Positions 41,146 to 50,177 of a stretch of 60,496 nucleotides of DNA are shown here, one piece after another; position 1 is the first letter of the stretch, and each line of letters starts with the position of its first letter. The translations under genes were made by a program, and so were the position numbers. A model generated the notes under the pieces. That model searched no databases. It saw nothing but the letters and a program-made list of their open reading frames with translations, and was not told the origin of the DNA. Origin of the DNA: Hafnia phage Enc34; the sequence record NC_019524.2; one strand, written 5' to 3'.

Positions 41146-41278
41146 GGTGGCACCATCTTTTTGCGCGGTCGCTACTGCAATCTATATTGGTGAGGACGAT
41201 ACCCTGTCAGATGAAACCGCCCGCCAGATCCTAATTCACGATGAGATTGGCGAGCGGTTATGCGGTTGGGGTCGTTAA
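41072..41278 (+). CDS. o-spanin (Rz1-like lipoprotein), partly embedded in the i-spanin gene
   Basis: GAGG RBS. Lipoprotein signal MKRINSLLVALLISFAVSGC. Lies in the +1 frame overlapping the 3' end of the i-spanin gene. Confidence 0.55.
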   Translation: MKRINSLLVALLISFAVSGCVKKIEVAPSFCAVATAIYIGEDDTLSDETARQILIHDEIGERLCGWGR

Positions 41279-41709
41279 CGTTGAGGCGGGATTAACTGTA
41301 AATCAGGTATCCCGCGCTCATTCAGATAGGCTTCTAATTCATCTAGCGTGCTGAACATCGGAAAACCCGCCATACTTTCAGCAGTAGTCCATTCAACCCA
41401 CGTCCCTTGGCTAACCTTGTACGCGTCGGAATGCGTCAACAGAACGCCGTCACAGCGTTTCATCAACTCAAGCGTGCTATCTAGCCAATACTTCTGGCGA
41501 ACGTCTTTAAGGTCGGGTAGTTGCTCAAAATGGGCGGTATTCAGATGTGGTGTTACCGGGTACACCGTGCGCAGGCCAAAACGCTTAACGACTTCAACCG
41601 CCATACGCGTAGCCATCTGGATATGGAAAGCCGTTGTAAAAGTTACGCCGTTCTCATCGGTGTACGGGGAGTACGGGCCAGCTATGTACAGCAGGAATGG
41701 TTTGCTCAT
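41275..41709 (-). CDS. nucleoside 2-deoxyribosyltransferase-like protein
   Basis: N-terminal LYIAGPYS motif typical of NDT-like/DUF4406 proteins. Confidence 0.4.
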   Translation of the reverse strand: MSKPFLLYIAGPYSPYTDENGVTFTTAFHIQMATRMAVEVVKRFGLRTVYPVTPHLNTAHFEQLPDLKDVRQKYWLDSTLELMKRCDGVLLTHSDAYKVSQGTWVEWTTAESMAGFPMFSTLDELEAYLNERGIPDLQLIPPQR

Positions 41710-42056
41710 AGTGCGTCCTTCATTCGGTCATCAATCGCTTCATCAAATTCGGCGCAGTCCAGTTCAGCTAGGCCGTCCCATGTAACCAGACCCGGTTCGT
41801 CTTCATTACCGAACAGGTCTTTATCGCGCAGGAAACGGTACCGGGCGGCATCCAGTGATAGTGCCTGATACTTCTTGCATAGCTGAACGATGGCTGGCCC
41901 CATTGTGCCGGGGTTGTCGATTATTCCCTGAATAAATTCAGGCGTGATGTACTGCTTTTCTTGTGTCTGGTCAGGCATAAATGTCCCTTCATCGTGGGTA
42001 TAGGCCGTGTGATACGTCACTTTAAACGTATCGTACATTACGGTGGTCTTATTCAT
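41706..42056 (-). CDS. hypothetical protein
   Basis: Start/stop coupled in the leftward operon. Confidence 0.4.
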   Translation of the reverse strand: MNKTTVMYDTFKVTYHTAYTHDEGTFMPDQTQEKQYITPEFIQGIIDNPGTMGPAIVQLCKKYQALSLDAARYRFLRDKDLFGNEDEPGLVTWDGLAELDCAEFDEAIDDRMKDAL

Positions 42057-42358
42057 ATATCGCCTCGGTTATAGGCGTCTACATACACCTGATTTTCCGG
42101 TGAGCGGTCAACTTGGGTTAATTCTTTAAAATCACAGCTAATTACATCGCCGTTAGCCAGTTCAACTCGCCAGAAGACGTCATCATCCTTGAAGCCTGTT
42201 CTTACCACCTCAACCACCTTTCCGCAATACAGTCTGCCGTTATAGCGGTCTGTGAAGTGGATAGTATCGCCACGTATGGGCCAGTTCGGTGTGATCTTGG
42301 CGCGGTACTTCTTCAACATACCTGCTACGAATTCACGCATTAGATTTCCTCGCACCAT
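42053..42358 (-). CDS. hypothetical protein
   Basis: Start/stop coupled. Confidence 0.4.
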   Translation of the reverse strand: MVRGNLMREFVAGMLKKYRAKITPNWPIRGDTIHFTDRYNGRLYCGKVVEVVRTGFKDDDVFWRVELANGDVISCDFKELTQVDRSPENQVYVDAYNRGDI

Positions 42359-43032
42359 GGAACAAAACAGTCCGGGCCTTCGTCGGAGCCGGGGAAGAGT
42401 TTAAACAGATAGTCGCTATCAATTACCATTGAATCGTTTGAGTAGCAGCGGCGGTAGTGGTCGCCCATTCCGTACCCGTGAGCGCGAGCCATCCCGCTAC
42501 CCAACGGGTCATGTGGCTCCAGATCCACCGCTAATACTTCTTTCCAATCCTCCCGGTCAATGCGCGTTACCCGGTGATGTTTATTTGACGTTCTGCGATA
42601 CCCCGACGCAATTAAGGCCGGGATCATTTCAGGGGCTATCCGTGACTTTCCGCCCTTAACGTTTTTGCAACGACGGGATACATAGCTAATGTACTCCGCT
42701 GTGAAAATGCTGCCGGGGTTAAGCATGAATACATCGGACTTCCCGACAATATCGAAGCGCTTACGCCCATGGAGATCCCAAAAACGGTATGCCGACGCAT
42801 GACGAAGCAACATGGCATCCGTCATGCGGGCGTTCTCTTTATCTATGCTTTTCCACCAACGGTATGCACTGACCAGCTTTTCCATGTTAGCCACGCTGTA
42901 ATACAACTTTGCGTGCTTAACCGGGAAGTAGTTCGGGTACTTACCTTCGTTATCAAATTCCCGGAAGCAATACCAGACGCCGCCGTTAAACTTGAAATGT
43001 GGTATAACGTGTTGTTCTGCTAAACGTGCCAT
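42340..43032 (-). CDS. hypothetical protein (230 aa)
   Basis: Long ORF with overlapping coupling to its neighbours. Confidence 0.45.
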   Translation of the reverse strand: MARLAEQHVIPHFKFNGGVWYCFREFDNEGKYPNYFPVKHAKLYYSVANMEKLVSAYRWWKSIDKENARMTDAMLLRHASAYRFWDLHGRKRFDIVGKSDVFMLNPGSIFTAEYISYVSRRCKNVKGGKSRIAPEMIPALIASGYRRTSNKHHRVTRIDREDWKEVLAVDLEPHDPLGSGMARAHGYGMGDHYRRCYSNDSMVIDSDYLFKLFPGSDEGPDCFVPWCEEI

Positions 43033-43047
43033 GACGCTGCCCCCTTC

Positions 43048-43614
43048 CTATCCGGTATATCCGAGGATGTCGCGCAGGATTTCAGATACATAACGTACTT
43101 GATGTTTGGCATCTGCGAGTGGTGTGTGTGCTACGCCTTTGAACGCGGTGTGCCGCTTTGGATCAATACCTTTATCTAACCCCAGCGCAACGACAGTTCG
43201 GACGTCACAGTCTGTCCACCACCCACAAGGCATCTCAATACCGTTTTGTCTAAAGGCGTTTCGAATCCACACGCAATCCGATGCGATACCATTGCCCCAC
43301 AATTTCGTGTCACGCGGGTCTTCTTCGGTGGTGTTATCCAGAATGAACCGCTTGAAGTCTTCAAGAGCCTTAATAATTCCACTTGCGGCAGCGCAGACGG
43401 GCTTGCGGGCTTTCTCATGTTGGGACATCCACCATATGACCGTTGACGCATCAACCACGCCGCCACTCTGCATAGCGGACTCAAGCGAAATATATCGTTC
43501 AAACTCCGCACCTGTTTTCCCGGATATGGTGTCAAAGAATACCGCACCGATTGCGACAACGGCGGCGTTGTTGCCCTTGCCCATGGTTTCTAAATCAAGC
43601 ATTACGTGTTTCAT
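43048..43614 (-). CDS. DEDDh 3'-5' exonuclease (RNase T/DnaQ-like)
   Basis: N-terminal MLDLETMG and the distal H motif (HTPLADAKHQ). Confidence 0.7.
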   Translation of the reverse strand: MKHVMLDLETMGKGNNAAVVAIGAVFFDTISGKTGAEFERYISLESAMQSGGVVDASTVIWWMSQHEKARKPVCAAASGIIKALEDFKRFILDNTTEEDPRDTKLWGNGIASDCVWIRNAFRQNGIEMPCGWWTDCDVRTVVALGLDKGIDPKRHTAFKGVAHTPLADAKHQVRYVSEILRDILGYTG

Positions 43615-43623
43615 TTTAAGTCC

Positions 43624-43875
43624 TCAAAAGCCGGGGAATTTATCAGAATACAAAAGGTTGCGGGCCTGTTCCTGACTCAGTTGAATCGCCACCATGTCTT
43701 CACTGATTGCGTGGGACACTTTGCCAAATACTTCGGCTTCTTCGCTACGGGTCATCTTCTTCCCGTCTTTGCGCTTGATGTGGATGTTGATTTCATCCTG
43801 AACAGTGGATAACGCAACGGTGTAGCCCTTTGACGCCATGTCGATAACGACTTGCTGTGTATTCTTCTGGTACAT
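43624..43875 (-). CDS. hypothetical protein
   Basis: 83 aa, coupled to its neighbours. Confidence 0.4.
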   Translation of the reverse strand: MYQKNTQQVVIDMASKGYTVALSTVQDEINIHIKRKDGKKMTRSEEAEVFGKVSHAISEDMVAIQLSQEQARNLLYSDKFPGF

Positions 43876-43877
43876 AG

Positions 43878-44363
43878 TTAGCCTCGCAAAACTTTACTGG
43901 TGATGGATGGGTTGATGTGGAAAAACATCCCGGTCGTGTATCCGTATTTCAGCAAGACAACGGACTTCGGCGTCATTATTCTTGGTGCCGAGTCATGCCC
44001 GGTTGGTATCTCATCCTTAGTGTGCTCCGCGTAAGCATCATCCTCATTCTTCCACGGGGCGCTTGAGCGTCCTTTCCGGTACACAAGCGACCAATGTATC
44101 GGACAGTTAGGACGCGTGATAAAGGCTGGCGGGTAGCGGTGTCCAAGGTTGCTCATTCTTGCACTAGACGGCGACCGCGTGATCCCGTAAAACATCCCAA
44201 ACACCGTCCAATCTTCTTTCGATAGGATGGGCATACATACGTCCTGATCGCCTGCCAGAATGCGGCGGACAATCCGCTTAACCGCCATGTAGCGGTTCCA
44301 TTTTAATTGCTGGCGATTAACCGACTGCTGCCGGGCCAACTCTACTGCAAAGATTTCACCGCG
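43878..44363 (-). CDS. hypothetical protein (start set at an internal Met to avoid an 89-nt overlap)
   Basis: ORF 43878..44444. The ATG at 44363 is flush with the upstream gene's stop. Confidence 0.4.
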   Translation of the reverse strand, partial: RGEIFAVELARQQSVNRQQLKWNRYMAVKRIVRRILAGDQDVCMPILSKEDWTVFGMFYGITRSPSSARMSNLGHRYPPAFITRPNCPIHWSLVYRKGRSSAPWKNEDDAYAEHTKDEIPTGHDSAPRIMTPKSVVLLKYGYTTGMFFHINPSITSKVLRG

Positions 44364-44646
44364 CATTTTTCGGCCCCACTGACCAGTTAACATCGAAAGA
44401 CCCCGGGTGGTAGTCCACACTTTCATAAATTGTGAAGCCTGCATCTTCTAGCCAAACGTGAATCTGGCGGCGGGTTTCATCCGATGGGACGTGGTTATCG
44501 ATCACAACGCTAACCATCGTGTTAGTCAGCCCGGCTTCTGCCGCACGCTGAATACGGTGTTCAATTGCATCGCGAACCTTCTCGGCTTCCGTCAAGTGGG
44601 ACTTCGCGGCGGTGATGTACATCTGGTGTGCTGTTATTGACATCAT
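44356..44646 (-). CDS. hypothetical protein
   Basis: GAGGTAGG RBS. It is the first gene downstream of the 44697-44725 promoter. Confidence 0.5.
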   Translation of the reverse strand: MMSITAHQMYITAAKSHLTEAEKVRDAIEHRIQRAAEAGLTNTMVSVVIDNHVPSDETRRQIHVWLEDAGFTIYESVDYHPGSFDVNWSVGPKNAR

Positions 44647-44671
44647 GGTGCCTACCTCGCTAAAAAGAAAA

Positions 44672-44695
44672 ACTCCCGTTGTTGCCTTCGGGAGT
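44672..44695 (-). terminator. hairpin (ACTCCCG/CGGGAGT) plus U-tract, terminator-like, placed immediately after a promoter
   Basis: On the minus strand the hairpin is followed by TTTTTCTTTTT. It directly abuts the -10 element at 44697-44702. Confidence 0.5.
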
Positions 44696-44696
44696 A

Positions 44697-44725
44697 ATAT
44701 TAGCTGTACACGTCGCGTGTGTCAA
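44697..44725 (-). promoter_or_regulatory. conserved-spacer sigma70-like promoter (leftward)
   Basis: Minus-strand TTGACA, then ACGCGACGTGTACAGC spacer context, then TAATAT. It is one of six promoters in this family. Confidence 0.55.
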
Positions 44726-44744
44726 ACGGTTTCTTACATCATGT

Positions 44745-44939
44745 TTAAAGATCCCATGGCAACGGTACCCAAGAATCGTTGATGTAAATGTAACACCCGG
44801 TTATGGGTGAGAATTTTGTTGGCAGGCTGGTTTGCTGACTCACGTCGTTACATCTGATAGTCGCACCAGCCCAAACAAGAACGTATAACAGACTAAATAT
44901 GATAATAATCAATATTATGAGAGCAGCAATCTTACGCAT
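44745..44939 (-). CDS. small membrane protein
   Basis: 64 aa with a highly hydrophobic N-terminus (IAALIILIIIIFSLLYVLVWA). Confidence 0.45.
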   Translation of the reverse strand: MRKIAALIILIIIIFSLLYVLVWAGATIRCNDVSQQTSLPTKFSPITGCYIYINDSWVPLPWDL

Positions 44940-44941
44940 TG

Positions 44942-45985
44942 TTATACCTCGTTATCTTCGTCGTGGCGTTTAAGCCAGATTAACATTCCGGCAGTATAAT
45001 TGATTGCGCCGTACAACTCCCTTTCCTGCTGTTCAACGGTCGGCATATTTAGCGCCTCGGTGACTTTCTTGACTACCTGATAGGCCATGCCGCTGACCGA
45101 ACCTACTTGGTCGCTGATCACCTGCATACGTTGGCTTTCAAATGGATCGTCATTCGCGTGGCGCTCGCGACCCTTGCCATACGCGGCTTGATGTAGCGCA
45201 CCGAAAAGCACATCGCATAGTGACTGGTAGTTTTTCAGGTCGCGCGGGCTTGCAAACTCATACGACACGACCGGGCCATCGGGTTGCGCCATCGACGCAT
45301 ATTCAGATAATTCCTTAATCTTATCTAGTATCTGGCCCGCCGTAGTAGTGCCGCGATCCATGGATAGATAGTCACAAATGTCTTCTCGTAGACCACTCTT
45401 AGATTTCGACCCCGGCCCGAACCCCGTCATACTCCAATCATGGTGGTTAGCGAACATGAGATAGTTCATGGCATCCACGTAATTCCCCGCCCGGATGTGC
45501 TCACGGATACTCTGTTTACAACGACCCTCCCAATTTTCTGCCATCCATGCCAGTGGTGGGCGACCGTGCTCCCCATTAGCCAACGCTTTCAGCATTTCCG
45601 CTGCAGTGACCAAGAATAGCGAGAGTGTTTCGGAGTGCAGATGCGGCGCATCTTTAAGTAATTCTCGGTGGAATTTATAACTGGTATAGCAATCGGATAC
45701 GATGCCGGGTAGTTGGTGGTCTGGAACACTTTCAAAGGAGTCTTGTGCTGCCTCCACCGCAGCCATCCCAAGGGCTGAACGGATTTGAGAAAGTGTAACC
45801 TTCTGTTCTAAAGACGTTTTGTACATCTTCCTGATGTGGTCACATGCCGCCTGTGGTGGGACAACGCCAGTAATGCCGAGGTCATGGCGCAATGCTTCAA
45901 ATGCGTTAATCACATCAAGTGTAGGTGTTGCAGAGACAAGGCCGTCAACTTCGCCCGCGACCTTGGTGTAGGATTTACTAGTCAT
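44942..45985 (-). CDS. hypothetical 347-aa protein ending DEDNEV
   Basis: ATG preceded by GGGAG. Acidic EV C-terminus. Confidence 0.5.
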   Translation of the reverse strand: MTSKSYTKVAGEVDGLVSATPTLDVINAFEALRHDLGITGVVPPQAACDHIRKMYKTSLEQKVTLSQIRSALGMAAVEAAQDSFESVPDHQLPGIVSDCYTSYKFHRELLKDAPHLHSETLSLFLVTAAEMLKALANGEHGRPPLAWMAENWEGRCKQSIREHIRAGNYVDAMNYLMFANHHDWSMTGFGPGSKSKSGLREDICDYLSMDRGTTTAGQILDKIKELSEYASMAQPDGPVVSYEFASPRDLKNYQSLCDVLFGALHQAAYGKGRERHANDDPFESQRMQVISDQVGSVSGMAYQVVKKVTEALNMPTVEQQERELYGAINYTAGMLIWLKRHDEDNEV

Positions 45986-45993
45986 AATAAAAA

Positions 45994-46023
45994 ACTCCCG
46001 TTGGTTTGATTACCTTCGGGAGT
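45994..46023 (-). terminator. hairpin (ACTCCCG/CGGGAGT) plus U-tract overlapping the 5' UTR/RBS of the 45985 gene
   Basis: Same stem sequence as the 44672 hairpin. On the minus strand it is followed by TTTTTTATT and then ATG. The 3' arm contains the GGGAG RBS. Confidence 0.5.
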
Positions 46024-46024
46024 T

Positions 46025-46053
46025 AGATTAGTTGCTTACGCGGCGTGTGTCAA
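46025..46053 (-). promoter_or_regulatory. conserved-spacer sigma70-like promoter (leftward)
   Basis: Minus-strand TTGACA-CACGCCGCGTAAGCAAC-TAATCT. Confidence 0.55.
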
Positions 46054-46062
46054 ACGGTTTCT

Positions 46063-46767
46063 CTATATCTCATCCCACAATCTGATCCACGCCTGACGTT
46101 CTTCGTCGCTGATCTGTGCGAGCGGGCCACCCACTTCCATGAGGTATTCGCGTGAGATGTATTCGTTCGGCAGCACGCGGTCAGTAGCCGGGTCGAATAG
46201 CAGGATTGCCGCCCCGAACCCGGCACCGCATACCTCGCTAGACAACTCATCCGGGCGGTACCAGACAGGCGGCTCAAACCCAATGCGGCCTTTGATGAAG
46301 ATCGTCTTGGTCGCAATCTCGTCAGGCCACCAGCTTTCGGATGTCGCTGACTTCGTTAGCCAGATTGTCCCTGCGCCTTTCTTACGTTCCTCATCGGCCT
46401 TACGCATGATGTGGGTCATTCCGGTCAGTGGTTCCTTCCCGGCACGCTTCTGGCTGTATGGGGGGTTGGCAAAGCCCTTGCCTTGGATGTTGTATACATC
46501 GTCGAACCCCGGCAGACCTAGATTATCTATCTGTATTTCTGCCAGACGTGCTGCCCAATCTTGCTGCAGCGCGTTATCTTCCGCCGTAAAGAACCGTGGG
46601 CACTTGGAGTTCTGTCCATCGGTGAACAGGTCTAGCACGCATGGCCCGTACAGCTTATTAATCGCTTGGTACAACCATTCCGGTGTGCGCCATTGGTCGC
46701 CAATCTGCTTCGGGAGGTGCGTGCTCTCGGCTTTAAGTGCATTAAGGGCATTAACGTAATCCGACAT
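46063..46767 (-). CDS. phage Dam-family DNA N6-adenine methyltransferase
   Basis: N-terminal QWRTPEWLY and the catalytic NPPYS motif. Confidence 0.7.
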   Translation of the reverse strand: MSDYVNALNALKAESTHLPKQIGDQWRTPEWLYQAINKLYGPCVLDLFTDGQNSKCPRFFTAEDNALQQDWAARLAEIQIDNLGLPGFDDVYNIQGKGFANPPYSQKRAGKEPLTGMTHIMRKADEERKKGAGTIWLTKSATSESWWPDEIATKTIFIKGRIGFEPPVWYRPDELSSEVCGAGFGAAILLFDPATDRVLPNEYISREYLMEVGGPLAQISDEERQAWIRLWDEI

Positions 46768-47738
46768 TACTCGTCATCCTCCCCAACCCAGCCATTGTGG
46801 ATCTCAATCGCGGATTGTAATACATCCATTATCAGGCGGCGTTTATTTTCAGGTACGGATCGCGGTTCATACATGCCGTTATCTGCCATGAGTCGCTTCG
46901 TCTTTCTGGTGCCTAAAAGCTGGATGGCTTTGGCGTGTAGCGCGAGCCATTGCTGTTCAGTTGGCGCAACGGATTCCGGTACCGGGCACTTCTGGTACTC
47001 ATGGTCTTTGAAGTGGATAGCCATCATCTCATATGGTGAATAACCAAGCCCGGAACAACGCAGCCAACCTACTACCTCGGATGGTTCGGTCTTGTCCACG
47101 ACCGGGCCATCAGACCATTCAGGCACCCCACGCATGTTTAGTTGGATCTGCAGGCTGGTGATCAGCGCGTCTTTCTCGGCAACATCATTGCGCAGTTTTA
47201 CCAGTTCATCTTCCATGCTGCGAACCGCGTCCACCGTCATTCCGCTCAACGTCTTAAACTCCATCATCGGCTCAAAGTCTTCGGCAGTGAGTTTACCTTG
47301 ACGGGCTACCATCATGTATGCGTCTTCCATCGACATACGCGGCACGCTGCCTAGGCCGTATGGGGCGGAAATGGCAACATGGTTAATCTTACGACGGTTG
47401 CTTTCCCGGATACCTTTGACCACTCCGGTGATGATGTAGTCCAGTTGTTCCTTCTTCCACGATTCACCCTGTTCCGGTGTCGGCTCAACCTTGTCTACGC
47501 GCTCCCATACGATGACGATCTCATTTGGCAGCTTGCCCGGTTCTTCTTTGGCGGTGATCACATCGGTTATTGCCGCGATGTTCTTCGGCTCAACGCCACA
47601 AACTTCTTTCAAGAACTGTGGGGCTGCAGCGCGATAGCCTTGGACATCCGGCACCATGTGTAGCTGATTAACTACGATGGATGTGAATTGGGCCAGCTCA
47701 TCTAGTGAGTTGATGTACGTCTTTCTAGCGATTGTCAT
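46767..47738 (-). CDS. hypothetical 323-aa protein
   Basis: ATGA coupling to the Dam gene. Ends EDDE. Confidence 0.45.
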   Translation of the reverse strand: MTIARKTYINSLDELAQFTSIVVNQLHMVPDVQGYRAAAPQFLKEVCGVEPKNIAAITDVITAKEEPGKLPNEIVIVWERVDKVEPTPEQGESWKKEQLDYIITGVVKGIRESNRRKINHVAISAPYGLGSVPRMSMEDAYMMVARQGKLTAEDFEPMMEFKTLSGMTVDAVRSMEDELVKLRNDVAEKDALITSLQIQLNMRGVPEWSDGPVVDKTEPSEVVGWLRCSGLGYSPYEMMAIHFKDHEYQKCPVPESVAPTEQQWLALHAKAIQLLGTRKTKRLMADNGMYEPRSVPENKRRLIMDVLQSAIEIHNGWVGEDDE

Positions 47739-47749
47739 ATTCGTGATCC

Positions 47750-48082
47750 TTATTTCTTCTGTTCATCTGTATGGTAAGTGCAAGTTCCTGCCGGGAGGAC
47801 TTCGCCTAATTCGTTTACCGCATAATTTTCTAGCAACACCGCGCGGGCAAACCAGAAATAGTCAATCAACCCGCTGCCAACGGCGAACCCGGACGATGAT
47901 TTAACAGGTACACCGTTATTCTCTACCCGGTAGAAGTATGGCCCGTCGTTCCGTGTTTTATAGCGCAGGATGTAGTACGCCGAATCTCTGCCATTCACGC
48001 GCAGGTATCGACGGTCGTTATCCCACGTCCGGGATACGGATACCCCGGCTTTTTTCAGCGCCGCGTACAGTGGTTTGTACAT
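47750..48082 (-). CDS. hypothetical protein
   Basis: 110 aa in the operon. Confidence 0.4.
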   Translation of the reverse strand: MYKPLYAALKKAGVSVSRTWDNDRRYLRVNGRDSAYYILRYKTRNDGPYFYRVENNGVPVKSSSGFAVGSGLIDYFWFARAVLLENYAVNELGEVLPAGTCTYHTDEQKK

Positions 48083-48348
48083 TTACCGCCCTCCTGATTG
48101 TTTTTCGGTTCTACTTTGACGAAATACCCGCATCCCGCGCACTCGTATTCATTAATGGTGCGACCGTTTTCCGTCCAGTTATTCGAGTTGCACATCAAGC
48201 ATTTTAACTCGCCTTGTGTTCCGGCGCGGGCACTACCCACTTGATACCAAGTCCGCATTCCATCAAAGCAAAAACTTTCTATCTCCTGAATCTTGGTCTT
48301 TCCTCTCGGTGTGGTGTAGCGAATGAATACGTGGTTCCCGGTGCCCAT
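48055..48348 (-). CDS. zinc-ribbon-like protein
   Basis: CLMC...CAGCG...C..HC cysteine pattern. Confidence 0.4.
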   Translation of the reverse strand: MGTGNHVFIRYTTPRGKTKIQEIESFCFDGMRTWYQVGSARAGTQGELKCLMCNSNNWTENGRTINEYECAGCGYFVKVEPKNNQEGGKCTNHCTRR

Positions 48349-48349
48349 G

Positions 48350-48955
48350 TCATTTACCTTTTACGATATTTCGGAAAACAAGCGGGCTAACGACGTTGTA
48401 AGGCGATATTTCGTTAGCCCGGGCGATGACGCTAGGGTTCAACTCAACGCGCGGAGCACGCCCGGTGCAGTATTCATCCATTCGATGTAACCGCATGACC
48501 GTTACCACAAATACTGAATCCCATAGCAGCTTTTCCGCGAAACCTAGCGCCTGACTTTCCCCGAACGCGTAGACAATGAACCCCGTAGTACCGCAGTCGC
48601 TGATCAGGTAAGCTACTGGCTTCTCTAACATCTCATCTAAGAAACGCGTATCTACCGGGACAACCGGGAGTGAATGTATAGCCGGGTCAAAGCTATACTG
48701 GAACCGCCCGGTTGGGCTTGGTGGCACCTGTCCACGCTTAAATCGACTATTCCTGTCCCGTGGTAAATTCTGCAGGTTTCCCACATAACCGCCAGCCCAC
48801 CGTGCCTTGATTTGTCCGCCCCACTTAGCCGGGGCGCGTTCTTCGGTGCATTCTGGTGGGTCGATGTCATTCATGTCCCACGCCTTTCCGCAGTAAGTAC
48901 AGATGGCCTGATCCGACATCTGCAGAATCTCTTTGTGGCCCTTTGGGTTTTCCAT
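48350..48955 (-). CDS. hypothetical protein with N-terminal CxxC
   Basis: 201 aa, coupled to its neighbours. Confidence 0.4.
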   Translation of the reverse strand: MENPKGHKEILQMSDQAICTYCGKAWDMNDIDPPECTEERAPAKWGGQIKARWAGGYVGNLQNLPRDRNSRFKRGQVPPSPTGRFQYSFDPAIHSLPVVPVDTRFLDEMLEKPVAYLISDCGTTGFIVYAFGESQALGFAEKLLWDSVFVVTVMRLHRMDEYCTGRAPRVELNPSVIARANEISPYNVVSPLVFRNIVKGK

Positions 48956-49698
48956 TAGATCTCCACGTCTTCTTCAAGTAATACTCGGAATGCATCGCCA
49001 CGGGTTTTATAGCCCTGCCATACGTCAACGATAAGCGCACCTTTGAACGCCCGGTTGAAACAGTTGTAGATCATCGCCCACGACATGTCCGGTTGGTTTG
49101 TCCCGACACCGCCAGTCGGACTATCCCAATTACGCGGAGCGATGGTCAGGTGGCGCAGGATTGGTTTAGGCTTGGCATACGGGTTAATCATGCCAATTCT
49201 CGCAAGCCCTCGGCACAGCCACGCCCTTTGCCACCAAATATCGGTACGAGTGCCACCGGATTCCAATTCGCTCGTTAGAATCGGGCACAGGATGAGCGCG
49301 GTGGTGCTGCCAGCCGGGGCAGGTGCGCCAAGATCCCAAAAGTCATTCAGGTGTTTCGCAAGGTTCTTACTGGAACCGTCATTCTTCGCATCGGTGTTCG
49401 CGTCGTATAGGATCATGTCGAACGTCAATTCAGGGAACGAGGTCTGTTTGCCGTTGGTCGTGTACTTCGGGTTCGGCTCGTTAAACATGGCGGTGTATAG
49501 CTCAAGCAGCGCGGCTTCAATGTCTGGCAGGAATCCTTGGATGTCGGCGTCTTTCGGTAGCATCTGCAGGTGCATGGTCACGCTAATGCCGTCACACGTC
49601 GCATAGCAGCGCGGGCCGTTGGGCAGCGGGAAGATGTAGATAGGCATTTTACCTATCAGGCTTTGGTCAAACTTAACGAAGGGGGCGAGTGGTTTCAC
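48955..49698 (-). CDS. hypothetical 247-aa protein
   Basis: AGGAGA RBS. It is the first gene after the 49730 promoter. Confidence 0.5.
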   Translation of the reverse strand: MKPLAPFVKFDQSLIGKMPIYIFPLPNGPRCYATCDGISVTMHLQMLPKDADIQGFLPDIEAALLELYTAMFNEPNPKYTTNGKQTSFPELTFDMILYDANTDAKNDGSSKNLAKHLNDFWDLGAPAPAGSTTALILCPILTSELESGGTRTDIWWQRAWLCRGLARIGMINPYAKPKPILRHLTIAPRNWDSPTGGVGTNQPDMSWAMIYNCFNRAFKGALIVDVWQGYKTRGDAFRVLLEEDVEI

Positions 49699-49729
49699 TT
49701 ATTATTCTCCTGTAGTGGCTCAGGTAGAA

Positions 49730-49758
49730 TCTTAGGTGTACACGTCACGTATGTCAAA
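49730..49758 (-). promoter_or_regulatory. conserved-spacer sigma70-like promoter (leftward)
   Basis: Minus-strand TTGACA-TACGTGACGTGTACACC-TAAGAT. Confidence 0.55.
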
Positions 49759-49772
49759 CGCTTTTATTCAGA

Positions 49773-49810
49773 TAAAAAGAAACCCGCCATAAAATTAATT
49801 AGGCGGGTTG
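49773..49810 (-). terminator. rho-independent terminator (leftward)
   Basis: On the minus strand, AACCCGCC/GGCGGGTT hairpin followed by TTTCTTTTTAT. Confidence 0.6.
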
Positions 49811-49901
49811 GGAAAGCGTGGTTAGCGACACCACTGGCAACAAGGATTGGAAAGCACACGCCAATAGCTACTGCAACAACTACGGAAGTGATATGAGTAC
49901 A

Positions 49902-50177
49902 TCATATATCCGGGTTGCTGTAAATAAGATTCCAGTAATTAAACGTAGGCAAGTCCACCTCAATGACATTCGGGTCATCCGTGAACGACAGATTCGTCGT
50001 CACATCCTCAACGATGACACACTCGGACTCAGGGTGGTGGAGCAAACGGACTTCCCGTAGGTACGTCCGCCACTCGTTACTTGCTGTCCAAGTCTCAGGC
50101 ATATGGGTTTCAATGACCATGCCGTTTTTCTTATCTTGCCAGTATTTCACGACAAGTTTACTTCCGTATTGAGCCAT
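49902..50177 (-). CDS. hypothetical protein
   Basis: 91 aa, coupled to the upstream gene. Confidence 0.4.
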   Translation of the reverse strand: MAQYGSKLVVKYWQDKKNGMVIETHMPETWTASNEWRTYLREVRLLHHPESECVIVEDVTTNLSFTDDPNVIEVDLPTFNYWNLIYSNPDI

